Shown: one piece after another, positions 8,272-17,617 of the stretch
Layout: every line of letters starts with the position of its first letter
Position numbering within the stretch: the first letter of the stretch is position 1
Assembly: GCA_051439605.1 (NCBI GenBank)
Contig: JBFRWN010000018.1
Coordinates: 1 to 30,867, forward strand
Length of the DNA stretch: 30,867 nucleotides
Direction of reading: 5' to 3'
Source: Synechococcus sp.
GTDB taxonomy: Bacteria; Cyanobacteriota; Cyanobacteriia; Thermostichales; PCC-7336
Translations under genes and position numbers: made by a program
The notes under the pieces: generated by a model
The model's input: the letters and a program-made list of their open reading frames with translations, nothing else
What the model was told of the DNA's origin: nothing
Database searches by the model: none

Positions 8272-8997
8272 ATGCCTTCTCTCTTAGTGATAGACAACGA
8301 TTCTTCACTTCTTGAGTTACTCGTTCATAACTTCAAACAGTCAGGTTATGACGTGCATACAGCCACTGAAGGAATTCAGGCTCAAGCCTTGGCATGTCAA
8401 CTTCTGCCCGATCTCATCATCCTGGAAAGAGTCCTGCCAAAGATAGATGGCCTAACGGTTTGCCAGCGATTGCGACGCAACGACCGCACCGCCCATCTGC
8501 CTATTCTGATGATGTCATCTCTCAGTCTGACAGCCAATATTGTGGAGGGGTTTAATGCCGGGGCCGATGACTATTTAACCAAACCATTTGAGATAGAAGA
8601 ACTCTCGATCAGGGTGCGGGCATTGTTACGGCGATCGCACAGGATGTTGGGTAAAACCCAATATTCTGAAATTCTGAGTGTTGGACCGCTGACATTAATT
8701 CCCGAACGCTTAGAAATTGTGTGGTTTGGCGATCGGGTTAGACTGACTCAATCTGAATTTGATATCTTGTTCTGCCTCTTGCAGCACCACGGGCAAGTGG
8801 TGTCTTTAGGGGAAATTCTTCAGGATGTATGGGGATACGAGCCCGATGACGACCCTGCAGCAGTTCGAGTTCACATGCGGCATTTACGTCGCAAGTTAGA
8901 AATAGAACCCAGCAAGCCAAAATACCTCAAAACTGTTTACGGTGCGGGCTACTGTTTGGAACTCCCCATTACTCTAGATTTACCCAAAACCGGCTAG
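8272..8997 (+). CDS. OmpR-family response regulator, divergent RpaA paralogue with Glu at the phospho-acceptor position
   Basis: Receiver plus winged helix. RpaA-like signatures include [55 protein letters not shown] and [13 protein letters not shown]. Likely start is ATG 8272 (MPSLLVID). Confidence 0.9.
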   Translation: MPSLLVIDNDSSLLELLVHNFKQSGYDVHTATEGIQAQALACQLLPDLIILERVLPKIDGLTVCQRLRRNDRTAHLPILMMSSLSLTANIVEGFNAGADDYLTKPFEIEELSIRVRALLRRSHRMLGKTQYSEILSVGPLTLIPERLEIVWFGDRVRLTQSEFDILFCLLQHHGQVVSLGEILQDVWGYEPDDDPAAVRVHMRHLRRKLEIEPSKPKYLKTVYGAGYCLELPITLDLPKTG

Positions 8998-9136
8998 CAC
9001 AAATGCAATGGGAGGCTTAGCCGTTACAGGAGAAAGACCTGCCAGGGAAGACGGGCAAACAGAAGGCTCCCGAACAGACCAATACCTGCCGAGGTGGACA
9101 TTGAACGTAGCCCATCACAATCAGAACGTCTCAAAC

Positions 9137-10027
9137 TCAGTTGAAAAGGCCCAATTGACTGTCGGTGCGGGCCTCATTGAGGGCGTTCTGCACTTCTTTT
9201 ACCCCTAACAACTGTTTCACGTCCCGAATCAGGTCTTCCCCCCACAAGTTATCTCTCAAGGTCTGAACGTCACCGTAGGTGTAGTCCAGCTGCATCGCCT
9301 TAACCCCTAGTTCCACAGCCCGTTCCGTTTCCCCTTGCACGTAAAGGACCGTTGCCAGCGCCAGCACCGGTTCTGCTGCCGTATCGTCCAGCTCGATACT
9401 GGCCTCAAATTGAGGAATCGCAGCCTCCAGATTGCCTAACTGATATTCCAATAGGCCAATGTTGTTGATCGATGGCCAAAACTCGTCATCAATGTCTAGT
9501 GACGTTTGGTAAGCAGCGCGAGCTTCGTCATAATTCTTCAGTAGAAGATGGGTGTTCCCCAAATCAAATAGCCCCTGTAGACTTTCCGGCTCTAGTTCCA
9601 GCCCTCGCTTTAGCGAGTCAAGGGCCGCAAAATAGCTCCCTTGTCGAACGTAGGCAGACCCCAATGACAGCAAGAGTTCGGAATCATCGGGAGATATTTT
9701 GCGAGCGCGGTTCAATACGGCGATCGCCTCGTTAAAGTCACTTTGCTGCAGATATAATCGCCCTAATATCGTCAGGATATCTGGATTGTTGGGGGCTAAC
9801 TGAGAAGCTAGGGTGATGCGAGAAATCGTGGCTTCGGGGGATGCCTCCCGGATTTGATAGGCCCCCAGAGCATATAACGTCAAATCCAGACCCTGCTGTT
9901 CCATCTCCTGACTGTTGGGGACCAAGGGTCTATAGAGCACCTGCGCTCTGGCTGGCGAACTGCAGAGTGCCATACCGAGAGCCACAAAACTTGCGGCAAT
10001 GGCAGATTGAATCGGGCGAAAACGCAT
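9137..10027 (-). CDS. Secreted tetratricopeptide-repeat protein
   Basis: Signal peptide MRFRPIQSAIAASFVALGMALCSSPARA and multiple TPR units (LG..Y...G.Y..A.......L...P). ATG 10027 avoids overlap with the upstream gene. Confidence 0.88.
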   Translation of the reverse strand: MRFRPIQSAIAASFVALGMALCSSPARAQVLYRPLVPNSQEMEQQGLDLTLYALGAYQIREASPEATISRITLASQLAPNNPDILTILGRLYLQQSDFNEAIAVLNRARKISPDDSELLLSLGSAYVRQGSYFAALDSLKRGLELEPESLQGLFDLGNTHLLLKNYDEARAAYQTSLDIDDEFWPSINNIGLLEYQLGNLEAAIPQFEASIELDDTAAEPVLALATVLYVQGETERAVELGVKAMQLDYTYGDVQTLRDNLWGEDLIRDVKQLLGVKEVQNALNEARTDSQLGLFN

Positions 10028-10064
10028 AAACTTAAAAGTCCTCAGGGGGAGAGAGAGATGTTCT

Positions 10065-11213
10065 TTAGGGTTGTACGGGACGTTCCCAAACAAAACTCAC
10101 CCTCACGGTATCCCAATTTTCCTCTGTCTTCAGCACCTGAGCCCTTGCACTGGCCCCCGGAGGGACATCATTCGGGTCGAAGGCCACAACACGGGAGTCC
10201 ACTACCTGTTGATTCGATAAAAATTCAAACCGAGCCTGGGCGGATAGTGCCGTTCTCTGGCTATTGTTCACCGCATTGACCGTAATTCGGCTGCCTCCAG
10301 TGGGGGCAGCTTCTTCCTCGATATCTCCCACAATCACCAACTCAGTCTGAGAAACAGGAGAGGCCGCCACAGGGGAAGGGGTAGGGGGCGTCTCAGGGGG
10401 CAGGTTGGCGGCCGGGGGTGATGATGGAGCCTCTGATGAGGTGGGTGCTTGCTCGGTTGGGACGTTGGAAGAGGAAGAGGAGGGATCGGCGGCTGGGGGT
10501 GATGGTGGAGTTGGAACTTCCGATGGGGTGGGTGCTTGCTGGGTTGAGGTGTCAGCAGTGGCGGGGGTAGCAATAGCGGAGGCGGGGGGATTACTAGCGG
10601 GGGCGGAGGGTGCAGCTGCCTGCGAGCGTTCAGCAGTATAGAAAGCAACCGTTTTGGCCACTTCTTCTTGGAATAGCAAATACACATCGCGAGATTGGTC
10701 GGCGACGCGAGCTAGAGCGAGTCGATCGTCAGCAGTGGTCGGGATCTCCACCAGTTGGTTATCGACAGTGAGCAACAGGGTTTGCACTTGCTGGTTGATC
10801 AGGCGATCGAGGTAGGGAAACAGCGAGATCGTGCAGGCTTGGTCGAGGCTACCGATAGAAAGATTCGTACCGTCACTCAGAGTGAAGGCTGCTAGACCGC
10901 AGGACTGCGCCCCCTCTACTTCTAGAGGAACGCTGAGATTGCTTCGGTTGCTGTTCGTTACAGAAATCTGAAAATCCCCCTCTGTATGGGTCCAGCCATG
11001 AACCACATCTACCGCGGCACTGGTGGTTTCCTCTGTGAAATACTCTCCTGCCTGAACCTGTTGTAAGAGCTTGGGTTGAGAACCCAGACCGACGATCGCC
11101 GCGATGGAAACCGCTAAACCCACGCCTTCCCAAAGAACCCTCTTGCGCTTCCCACTGTTGCGAAGAAACTCAACCTGACCTGCCACCTGACTGTTTTGCA
11201 TGCGCGTCATCAC
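10065..11213 (-). CDS. Membrane-anchored or secreted protein with Pro/Ser/Thr-rich linker and C-terminal FxLYD-like Ig-fold domain
   Basis: 382 aa. Basic stretch plus hydrophobic segment near the N-terminus, long P/S/T/A linker, and C-terminus RITVNAVNNS..ARFEFLSNQQVVD...VPPGASA. Confidence 0.75.
   Translation of the reverse strand: MMTRMQNSQVAGQVEFLRNSGKRKRVLWEGVGLAVSIAAIVGLGSQPKLLQQVQAGEYFTEETTSAAVDVVHGWTHTEGDFQISVTNSNRSNLSVPLEVEGAQSCGLAAFTLSDGTNLSIGSLDQACTISLFPYLDRLINQQVQTLLLTVDNQLVEIPTTADDRLALARVADQSRDVYLLFQEEVAKTVAFYTAERSQAAAPSAPASNPPASAIATPATADTSTQQAPTPSEVPTPPSPPAADPSSSSSNVPTEQAPTSSEAPSSPPAANLPPETPPTPSPVAASPVSQTELVIVGDIEEEAAPTGGSRITVNAVNNSQRTALSAQARFEFLSNQQVVDSRVVAFDPNDVPPGASARAQVLKTEENWDTVRVSFVWERPVQP
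10407..10546 (-). repeat. Intragenic imperfect direct repeat encoding two T(Q/E)QAPT.SE.P..SPPAA units
   Basis: 10407-10459 and 10488-10546 share GGCGGCYGGGGGTGATG...GGTGGGTGCTTGCT.GGTTG. The second unit has 6 extra nt. Confidence 0.75.
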
Positions 11214-11426
11214 CCAAACCCACGTTTGAAAAGCTATCTAGCATCTGAAATCTGTTTTATCTTAGTCAGGGTACTAATGCCGCTGGCGATCGCGGAAATT
11301 TCACTACCTTAAACCGATGGCCTCGACTCTTTACTGCGGTTGCCATCGCAGTTATGCCAGCAATAGCTATGTTCAGCTAGGGTTCTGGATGGTTGAGATG
11401 ACCCAAGCGAATTGACGCTTGCTGTA

Positions 11427-11461
11427 GCCGTCTATTGGATATTTGATGTCCAATAGACGGC
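11427..11461. repeat. Strong inverted repeat just upstream of cbiD
   Basis: GCCGTCTATTGGA (11427-11439) / TCCAATAGACGGC (11449-11461), perfect 13 bp, extendable to 16 bp with one G.U pair. Confidence 0.8.
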
Positions 11462-11488
11462 CCAAATTTTCTCCACAAGAGTTTGGCT

Positions 11489-12643
11489 ATGGCCCGTTCT
11501 GGCTTCACCCTTTCCGTTTTTGCTGTCGCGGCGGCCAAAGCCGCTCTGCTCCACTTACTCAATTTCCTTGACACACCAGGTTCCTCCCCTGCCACTTCAG
11601 ACGACAATGGGTCATTGAAAGTTTCTCTAGACCTGTCCACAGGGAATGCACCTCATACAGCACCAGAACTTGTCTTGTCCGATGCTGTAGAAATCAACAT
11701 CGAGCAGGTGGCCCTGCTCTCAGAACAACAGGCCTTAGCGATCGCCCGCAGCGATCCTGGAGATAACCTCGATCTGACCCGTAACACTCCCATCTGGGCC
11801 CAGGTCCAGCTGGTCCCCCGAGGGCCATCTCTGCTGATATTGCAGGCGGGGGAGGGGCTGGGAAGGACTGATCAGGACCAGCCAGCTATTTATCGCTATG
11901 CCCAGCATCTGTTTGCTACCAATATCGAGCCCCTGATTCCCCCCCACTACACAGCAGTGGTGCGGGTGATTTTGCCCGAGGGGCGGCGGTTAGCCAAGCG
12001 AACATCGAATGAATCCTTTGGGGTTTTGGAGGGATTGGCGCTGTTGGGCACTAGCGGGATCTCGCAGCCGCTAGCGGCCACCGATGCCTTAGACCGATTT
12101 CGTCAGAGTCTGCGAGAACGGGCGAGGTCTCATCGCGATGTGGTGTTCTGTTTGGGCAGTAACGGTCACCAAGTGGCCCATCGATTGGGGATTGCCTCAA
12201 ACAGGATTTTGAAAACCGCCAATTGGGTGGGAGCCATGTTGGTGGAGGCGGCGCTGCTGGAACTCCAGACGGTCCTGCTCATCGGCTATCACGGCAAATT
12301 GGTCAAACTGGCGGGGGGGATTTTCCATACCTCCAGCCACCTAGCGGATGGCAAGTTAGAGATTTTGACATCGGCGGCACTACGGGCGGGGGCTGATGCG
12401 GAACTGGGGCGATCGCTCTTGCAAGCTCCGACTGCTGAGGATGCAAGGCTGCTTTTGGTGAAGTTGGGATGGGCGGATCGCGTATTTGAGGAAGTGTCTA
12501 AGCGCATTGAGCAGAACGCAACTGCCTACGTGCACAAATATAGCGATCGCCCGCTAGAGATTGGCGTCATCCTGTTCGATCGTTCGGGTGAAATTGTTAT
12601 GAAGACAGCCACCGCACAAAAGCTGATCGCCGCGGTGACCTAA
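11489..12643 (+). CDS. cbiD: Cobalt-precorrin-5B C1-methyltransferase
   Basis: MARSGFTL.VFA.AAA start, RSDPGDNLDLTRNTPIWA, RTSNESFGVLEGLALLGTSG and GYHGKLVKLAGGIFHT motifs. Next to other cobalamin genes. Confidence 0.95.
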   Translation: MARSGFTLSVFAVAAAKAALLHLLNFLDTPGSSPATSDDNGSLKVSLDLSTGNAPHTAPELVLSDAVEINIEQVALLSEQQALAIARSDPGDNLDLTRNTPIWAQVQLVPRGPSLLILQAGEGLGRTDQDQPAIYRYAQHLFATNIEPLIPPHYTAVVRVILPEGRRLAKRTSNESFGVLEGLALLGTSGISQPLAATDALDRFRQSLRERARSHRDVVFCLGSNGHQVAHRLGIASNRILKTANWVGAMLVEAALLELQTVLLIGYHGKLVKLAGGIFHTSSHLADGKLEILTSAALRAGADAELGRSLLQAPTAEDARLLLVKLGWADRVFEEVSKRIEQNATAYVHKYSDRPLEIGVILFDRSGEIVMKTATAQKLIAAVT

Positions 12644-12768
12644 TCCCCCAACCACTGGCCCTCCACATAGATTCCGCATCGTCTAAGTATGCCCTCCCCC
12701 CCGATACAATGACTAAGCTCCGTTCCAAAACGGTTCTCAAGTTTCCCAAGCAGTTAACGAGAGAGTTG

Positions 12769-13398
12769 ATGAGCGCTGAACGAACTCCAACTAACGCAGT
12801 TGCAGATAAGCACCGCCAAAAGATGTCACGCCGCAAGCAGGTGCAGGACCAGCGGCTGGCCAATATGACCGAGCAAAAAGGGTTGGTGATTGTCAATACT
12901 GGAGATGGTAAAGGTAAAAGTTCCGCTGCCTTTGGAGTGATCTTCCGTGCCCTCGGACACGGTCTCAAAGTGGGGGTGGTGCAGTTCATTAAGGGGGCTT
13001 GGGAGCCTGGGGAAGCCAAGTTATTGAAGTCGATGCATTCCCCATTGGTGGAATTTCACGCCCTCGGCGAAGGATTTACCTGGGAGACCCAGGATCGCGA
13101 TCGCGATATCGCCAATGTGCATCGAGCTTGGGAAAAGAGCTTGGAACTGATCGTCAGCGGCGACTTTCACGTGGTTCTCTTAGATGAAATTAACATTGCC
13201 ATCAAGCTGGGGTACCTCGATGTTGAAACTGTCTTAGCTGGATTGGCCCAAAAGCCCGAAGACGTGCACGTCATTTTGACGGGGCGGGGGGCTCCGCCGG
13301 AACTGATCGAACGGGCCGATTTAGTGACCGAGATGAAACTCGTCAAACATCCCTTCCGCGAGCAAGGGATCAAGGCTCAGCGGGGAATTGAATACTAA
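12769..13398 (+). CDS. cobO: Cob(I)yrinic acid a,c-diamide adenosyltransferase (CobO/BtuR)
   Basis: IVNTGDGKGKS P-loop, VVQFIKG, GEGFTW, LLDEIN, ILTGRGA, ADLVTEM..VKHPF and GIEY. ATG 12769. Confidence 0.96.
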   Translation: MSAERTPTNAVADKHRQKMSRRKQVQDQRLANMTEQKGLVIVNTGDGKGKSSAAFGVIFRALGHGLKVGVVQFIKGAWEPGEAKLLKSMHSPLVEFHALGEGFTWETQDRDRDIANVHRAWEKSLELIVSGDFHVVLLDEINIAIKLGYLDVETVLAGLAQKPEDVHVILTGRGAPPELIERADLVTEMKLVKHPFREQGIKAQRGIEY

Positions 13399-13462
13399 CG
13401 GGCATCGAATCCTAACGGGTATATAAAATGCAGACCCGAACACGTATGGAGATTGAAGCTTA

Positions 13463-14833
13463 GTGGCAATTGCGATCGCCGCCCCCGCCAGTGGCAGTGG
13501 GAAAACCACCATTACCCTAGCGCTGTTAACAGCCCTGAAAAATCGGGGGCTGCAGGTGCAGTCCTTCAAAGTGGGGCCAGACTACATCGATCCGATGTTC
13601 CACCAGGCAGCCACCGGCCTTCCCTGTCGCAATCTCGACCCTTTTCTCACTTCAGAAGACTACGTTCGTTACTGCTTTGTTCACCATTGCCGTCACAAGC
13701 AAGCAGCAGTAGTGGAAGGGGTGATGGGGTTATTTGATGGCAAAACAGATGGAGGAGAGTATGCCAGCACTGCTCACGTGGCCAAGCTGCTGGACCTCCC
13801 AGTCGTGCTTATCCTAGATGCTCAAAAGGTGGGTCGCACGGTTGCCGCGATTGCCTACGGTCTGACGCACTTCGATCCGAACCTGCGGGTGGCCGGAGTC
13901 ATCTTCAACCGAGTTGGATCCGATCGGCACGCATACCTGCTACAGGAGGCGATCGCCTCTATCAATCTCCCCGTTCTGGGTACGGTACGAACTACTCCGG
14001 ATATTCACTTGCCCAGCCGCCACTTGGGACTGATCCCCGCCGAAGAACAGGATAACTTTCCTCATCTCCTCGATCGCCTCGCCCATTTGGCAGACACGTC
14101 TTTCAACTGGGAACAGCTCGCGCCCCTGCTAGAGGTCCCTCAACAGGTCACGGTCCCAGCAGGAGATACACACCTGTGGCCCCAGCCGCCACCGCTACCG
14201 CGATCTCCGATCATCGGCATTGCCCGCGATGCTGCCTTCAACTTTCACTACGCAGACAATCTCGACCTGTTGGAGCATTTCGGGGCACGGCTAGAATATT
14301 TTTCTCCTCTGCAGTCCGGTTTCAATCCCTGCAGCCAATTCGACGGTCTGTATTTGGGGGGGGGGTTCCCCGAAGTGTTTGCTGCCGAATTATCCCAGCA
14401 ACTCAGCAGGCAAACTGTTCCTCCAGGGGGCATCCCCATCACCTATGCCGAGTGCGGTGGGCTGATGGTGTTGGGGCAGAATCTTATCGATCGCTACGAG
14501 AAAACGCACTCGATGGTTGGCTGGTTTCCTTACAGCACCACCATGTCTCGCAAACTTACCCTCGGTTACCGTTCCGCTCGGGTCATGACATCTACCCCTG
14601 CTGTTCACTGTGGCGAGTCAATTCGGGGACACGAGTTTCACCACTCCACCTGCCAGCCTCAAACGAGCGCTCGTTCAGGAATCTATGAATGGGGTCAGAC
14701 TCGGGAGGGGTGGAGCAGCGATCGCATACATGCCTCTTACCTGCACCTGCATTGGGGGGCACAGCCGCAGGTGGCACGACGATGGCTGCAGTCCTGCGCG
14801 CAGCATTCGCTCACCCGCCAGCTCGGGGTGTAG
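13463..14833 (+). CDS. cobB: Cobyrinate a,c-diamide synthase (CbiA/CobB)
   Basis: SGSGKTT, FKVGPDYIDP, VEGVMGLFDG, LPSRHLGL, YLGGGFPE, YAECGG (GATase Cys), GHEFH and ASYLHLHW. Confidence 0.96.
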   Translation: MAIAIAAPASGSGKTTITLALLTALKNRGLQVQSFKVGPDYIDPMFHQAATGLPCRNLDPFLTSEDYVRYCFVHHCRHKQAAVVEGVMGLFDGKTDGGEYASTAHVAKLLDLPVVLILDAQKVGRTVAAIAYGLTHFDPNLRVAGVIFNRVGSDRHAYLLQEAIASINLPVLGTVRTTPDIHLPSRHLGLIPAEEQDNFPHLLDRLAHLADTSFNWEQLAPLLEVPQQVTVPAGDTHLWPQPPPLPRSPIIGIARDAAFNFHYADNLDLLEHFGARLEYFSPLQSGFNPCSQFDGLYLGGGFPEVFAAELSQQLSRQTVPPGGIPITYAECGGLMVLGQNLIDRYEKTHSMVGWFPYSTTMSRKLTLGYRSARVMTSTPAVHCGESIRGHEFHHSTCQPQTSARSGIYEWGQTREGWSSDRIHASYLHLHWGAQPQVARRWLQSCAQHSLTRQLGV

Positions 14834-14886
14834 ACCGTTCTTCAAACCCCTCGGACAACTTTTGTAGCGGTAGCCCCACGCAACGA

Positions 14887-16044
14887 TCAACGGGAGCAAG
14901 ACTCGTCCAAAATCTGCAAAACTTCGTTCGCTGCCCGCTCAAGTACTCTTCTTTCACCTAACGCTGTTCGCAATTCGGCATAGTCCTGCTGCAATTTCTG
15001 CTGCCGTTCACGATTCGTTAGCAGTTCAAAGGCTTCGTCGGCAATTCTTTGGGGCTGTGCCTCGTGTTGCAACAGCTCTAACACCACCGGCCGCATCAGC
15101 ACTAAATTAGGGGGAGACACAAATGGGATAGACATCTTGAGGATGTGCTTGGCAATCCAGTAGGTGATGGGATTCACCCGATAAATCACCACCTGCGGCA
15201 CCCCCCGAATGGCGGTTTCTAGGTTCACCGTGCCGGATTTTGCTAAAACAAGGTCGACGGCCGACAGCATGGTTTTGCTGTCCTTTTCCACAAATTTCAG
15301 TTCGATTCCAGCCCGTTTTGCCTGCTTGGCGATCGCAGGTTTAAAGTCCGGACGAGACAGCGACACCCAAAACTCAACCTGGGGTAGACGGTCCTGCAGC
15401 AGCTTTGCAGACTGAATTAATGTGGGACTTACCCTGTGCAGCTCCTGCGAGCGCGAGGCGGGAAAAATTCCGATAGCCGTCGTTTCGGGTGACATCTCTA
15501 GCTGGGCGCGTGCCTGTTGGCGAGAGGGAGAATTCTCCAAGATGTCGATTAAAGGATGGCCCACCCAGCGCACTGTACCGCCAGCCTTTTGGTAGTACTC
15601 TGCCTCGGCAGAAAAGATGGCCAGAATCAGCCTCGAAAATTTGACCAGCTGGTTGGTGAGCTTGGGGGTGAACGTCCACACCCATTCTTGAGGGGCAATG
15701 TAGTAAATCACCGGTACGCCCATCTTTTTCAGACGTTCCCCCATGCGGTGATTGACCCCAACGTAATCCACCAAAATGGCCAAATCGGGGGGATTCTGGG
15801 CTAAATACCGCTTCACCTTCCACTCCAACCACAGGGTAGGAGCAATGAAGGGTAGCGCCTCTAAAATGCCAACTGCGCTGATTGCCGTAGAGTTGTGTAG
15901 CAGGGTAGCCCCCGCCGCTGCCAAGCGATCGCCTCCAACGGCAACGATTTCTAAATCGGGTCGCAGCCGTAACAAGGTCCGAACCAAATGACTGGCCTGC
16001 AAATCGCCAGATACTTCACCAGTACACAGAAAAATCCGGGGCAT
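14887..16044 (-). CDS. lpxB: Lipid-A-disaccharide synthase
   Basis: TGEVSGD, YYIAPQEWVW, WVGHPL, FPASR and KSGTVNLE. Follows lpxA. Confidence 0.96.
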   Translation of the reverse strand: MPRIFLCTGEVSGDLQASHLVRTLLRLRPDLEIVAVGGDRLAAAGATLLHNSTAISAVGILEALPFIAPTLWLEWKVKRYLAQNPPDLAILVDYVGVNHRMGERLKKMGVPVIYYIAPQEWVWTFTPKLTNQLVKFSRLILAIFSAEAEYYQKAGGTVRWVGHPLIDILENSPSRQQARAQLEMSPETTAIGIFPASRSQELHRVSPTLIQSAKLLQDRLPQVEFWVSLSRPDFKPAIAKQAKRAGIELKFVEKDSKTMLSAVDLVLAKSGTVNLETAIRGVPQVVIYRVNPITYWIAKHILKMSIPFVSPPNLVLMRPVVLELLQHEAQPQRIADEAFELLTNRERQQKLQQDYAELRTALGERRVLERAANEVLQILDESCSR

Positions 16045-16047
16045 CCG

Positions 16048-16887
16048 CTACGCTTCGCCCTTGCGATGGTTTTTTTTAGTGGGTAACGGACCCCGCCGTC
16101 CTTCGTCATGGATGGAGCGATCCAGGAAGTTGACTAGCTCCATCACCAATTCTGAGTCTGTCCAGCTAGCAAGCTCCTGGAGGGTAGCTTCCATATTGCC
16201 CTCGTTGCGATACAGCAATCGGTAAGCTTCCTTCAACTGTTTAAACGCGGGATCGGTAACCTTGAGGCCAGACCGCTTTAACCCCACCAAGTTCAGTCCA
16301 CGAATGCGACCGGGATTACCCTCTACCATCGTGAACGGGGGGACATCGCGATCGATACGAGCCATTCCTCCCACCATGGCCAACTTGCCGATATGCGTAA
16401 ACTGATGAATACCCAGTAGGCCACTGATTCTTGCCTGGGACTCAATTCGAACGTAACCAGCCAGTGCGGTCGAGTTCGCAATAATCACGCCGTCGGCTAT
16501 CTCGCAATTGTGTGCAACGTGGGCGTAAGCCATCAGCAAATTATCGTTACCGATGCGGGTTACTTCGCCCTCTTCGGTAGCGCGATTGACGGTGGTATAC
16601 TCTCGCAGCGAGTTGCGATCGCCGATCTCCACTCGACTGGGGGCACCGCGATATTTCAAATCCTGAGGTTCCAGACCGATAGCAGCACCGGGGTAAATGC
16701 GATTATCACTGCCAATGCTGGTCCAGCCGTCGATCACAACATGCGGATACAGTTTTGTCCCTGCCCCAATGCGAACGTGCTCCCCAACTACGCAGCCAGC
16801 CCCGACTTCCACAGTAGGGTGCAGTTCCGCCATCGGATGAACCGAGGCGGTGGGATGGATGCGTTCGGAAGAAGACACAGTTGTCAT
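16048..16887 (-). CDS. lpxA: Acyl-ACP--UDP-N-acetylglucosamine O-acyltransferase
   Basis: Hexapeptide repeats, PQDLKY, REYTTVNRAT, MAYAHVAHNC, IHQF and RGLNLVGLKR. Confidence 0.97.
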   Translation of the reverse strand: MTTVSSSERIHPTASVHPMAELHPTVEVGAGCVVGEHVRIGAGTKLYPHVVIDGWTSIGSDNRIYPGAAIGLEPQDLKYRGAPSRVEIGDRNSLREYTTVNRATEEGEVTRIGNDNLLMAYAHVAHNCEIADGVIIANSTALAGYVRIESQARISGLLGIHQFTHIGKLAMVGGMARIDRDVPPFTMVEGNPGRIRGLNLVGLKRSGLKVTDPAFKQLKEAYRLLYRNEGNMEATLQELASWTDSELVMELVNFLDRSIHDEGRRGPLPTKKNHRKGEA

Positions 16888-17023
16888 AGTTTACGTAACG
16901 AGGCCACTCCGCACGATGGGCCGACTGGCTGAAGCTATTGATTCCGACAAAAAGGAACAGTAGGTCATTGGAACAGGTTAAGGAAGTGAGACAAACCAGG
17001 GATAGGGTCAAGGTTCGCGGCAG

Positions 17024-17509
17024 CTAGTCCACCAGCGAGAACATCAGGTCTCCTTCCGTCACTAGTTTGCCATCCACTTCTGCTTTAGCCGACATCTTGC
17101 CGATGCGCTTGCGCCGGAGAGTTAATAACTGAGTGGTGATGACTAGGCGATCGCCAGGAACCACCGGACGTCGGAAGCGTACACCGTCAATACCAGCAAA
17201 CAAGGCCAGTTGGTTTTCTGCCTCAGACAGTTGTGTTAGAACAATCCCCCCTACTTGAGCCATTGCTTCAACAATGAGAACCCCTGGCATAATGGGGCGG
17301 CCGGGGAAGTGTCCCTGAAAAAATTGTTCGTTAAAAGTGACGTTCTTGATGCCAACCGCATAATCCCCCGGTACAAACTCTATGATGCGGTCAACCAACA
17401 GAAAAGGATAACGATGGGGCAGAATCCCCTGAATCTCTTCTGCCGTGAACACGATTTTGGAACCGGGTGAAGGGGTGGTTTGAGGGGGGGGGGGAGAAAC
17501 GGCTGTCAC
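17024..17509 (-). CDS. fabZ: 3-hydroxyacyl-ACP dehydratase
   Basis: [42 protein letters not shown] and FRRPVVPGD. Confidence 0.97.
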   Translation of the reverse strand: MTAVSPPPPQTTPSPGSKIVFTAEEIQGILPHRYPFLLVDRIIEFVPGDYAVGIKNVTFNEQFFQGHFPGRPIMPGVLIVEAMAQVGGIVLTQLSEAENQLALFAGIDGVRFRRPVVPGDRLVITTQLLTLRRKRIGKMSAKAEVDGKLVTEGDLMFSLVD

Positions 17510-17617
17510 GGTAGATGGGTTGAATTGGGGTGATGTGCAAAATTTTGGGTCGGATAGACCGCGGGGTCAGGAGCTAGGCAATAGTTACCTGTCTTAAAGC
17601 TCGTTCCTGCTCCGCTG

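Noticed and set aside
8272..8997. Calling the regulator the canonical rpaA
   Set aside because: True RpaA is highly conserved. This copy diverges throughout and lacks the acceptor Asp, so it was treated as a paralogue and given no symbol.
11214..11488. Cobalamin riboswitch upstream of the cob genes
   Set aside because: Conserved B12-element motifs were not found.
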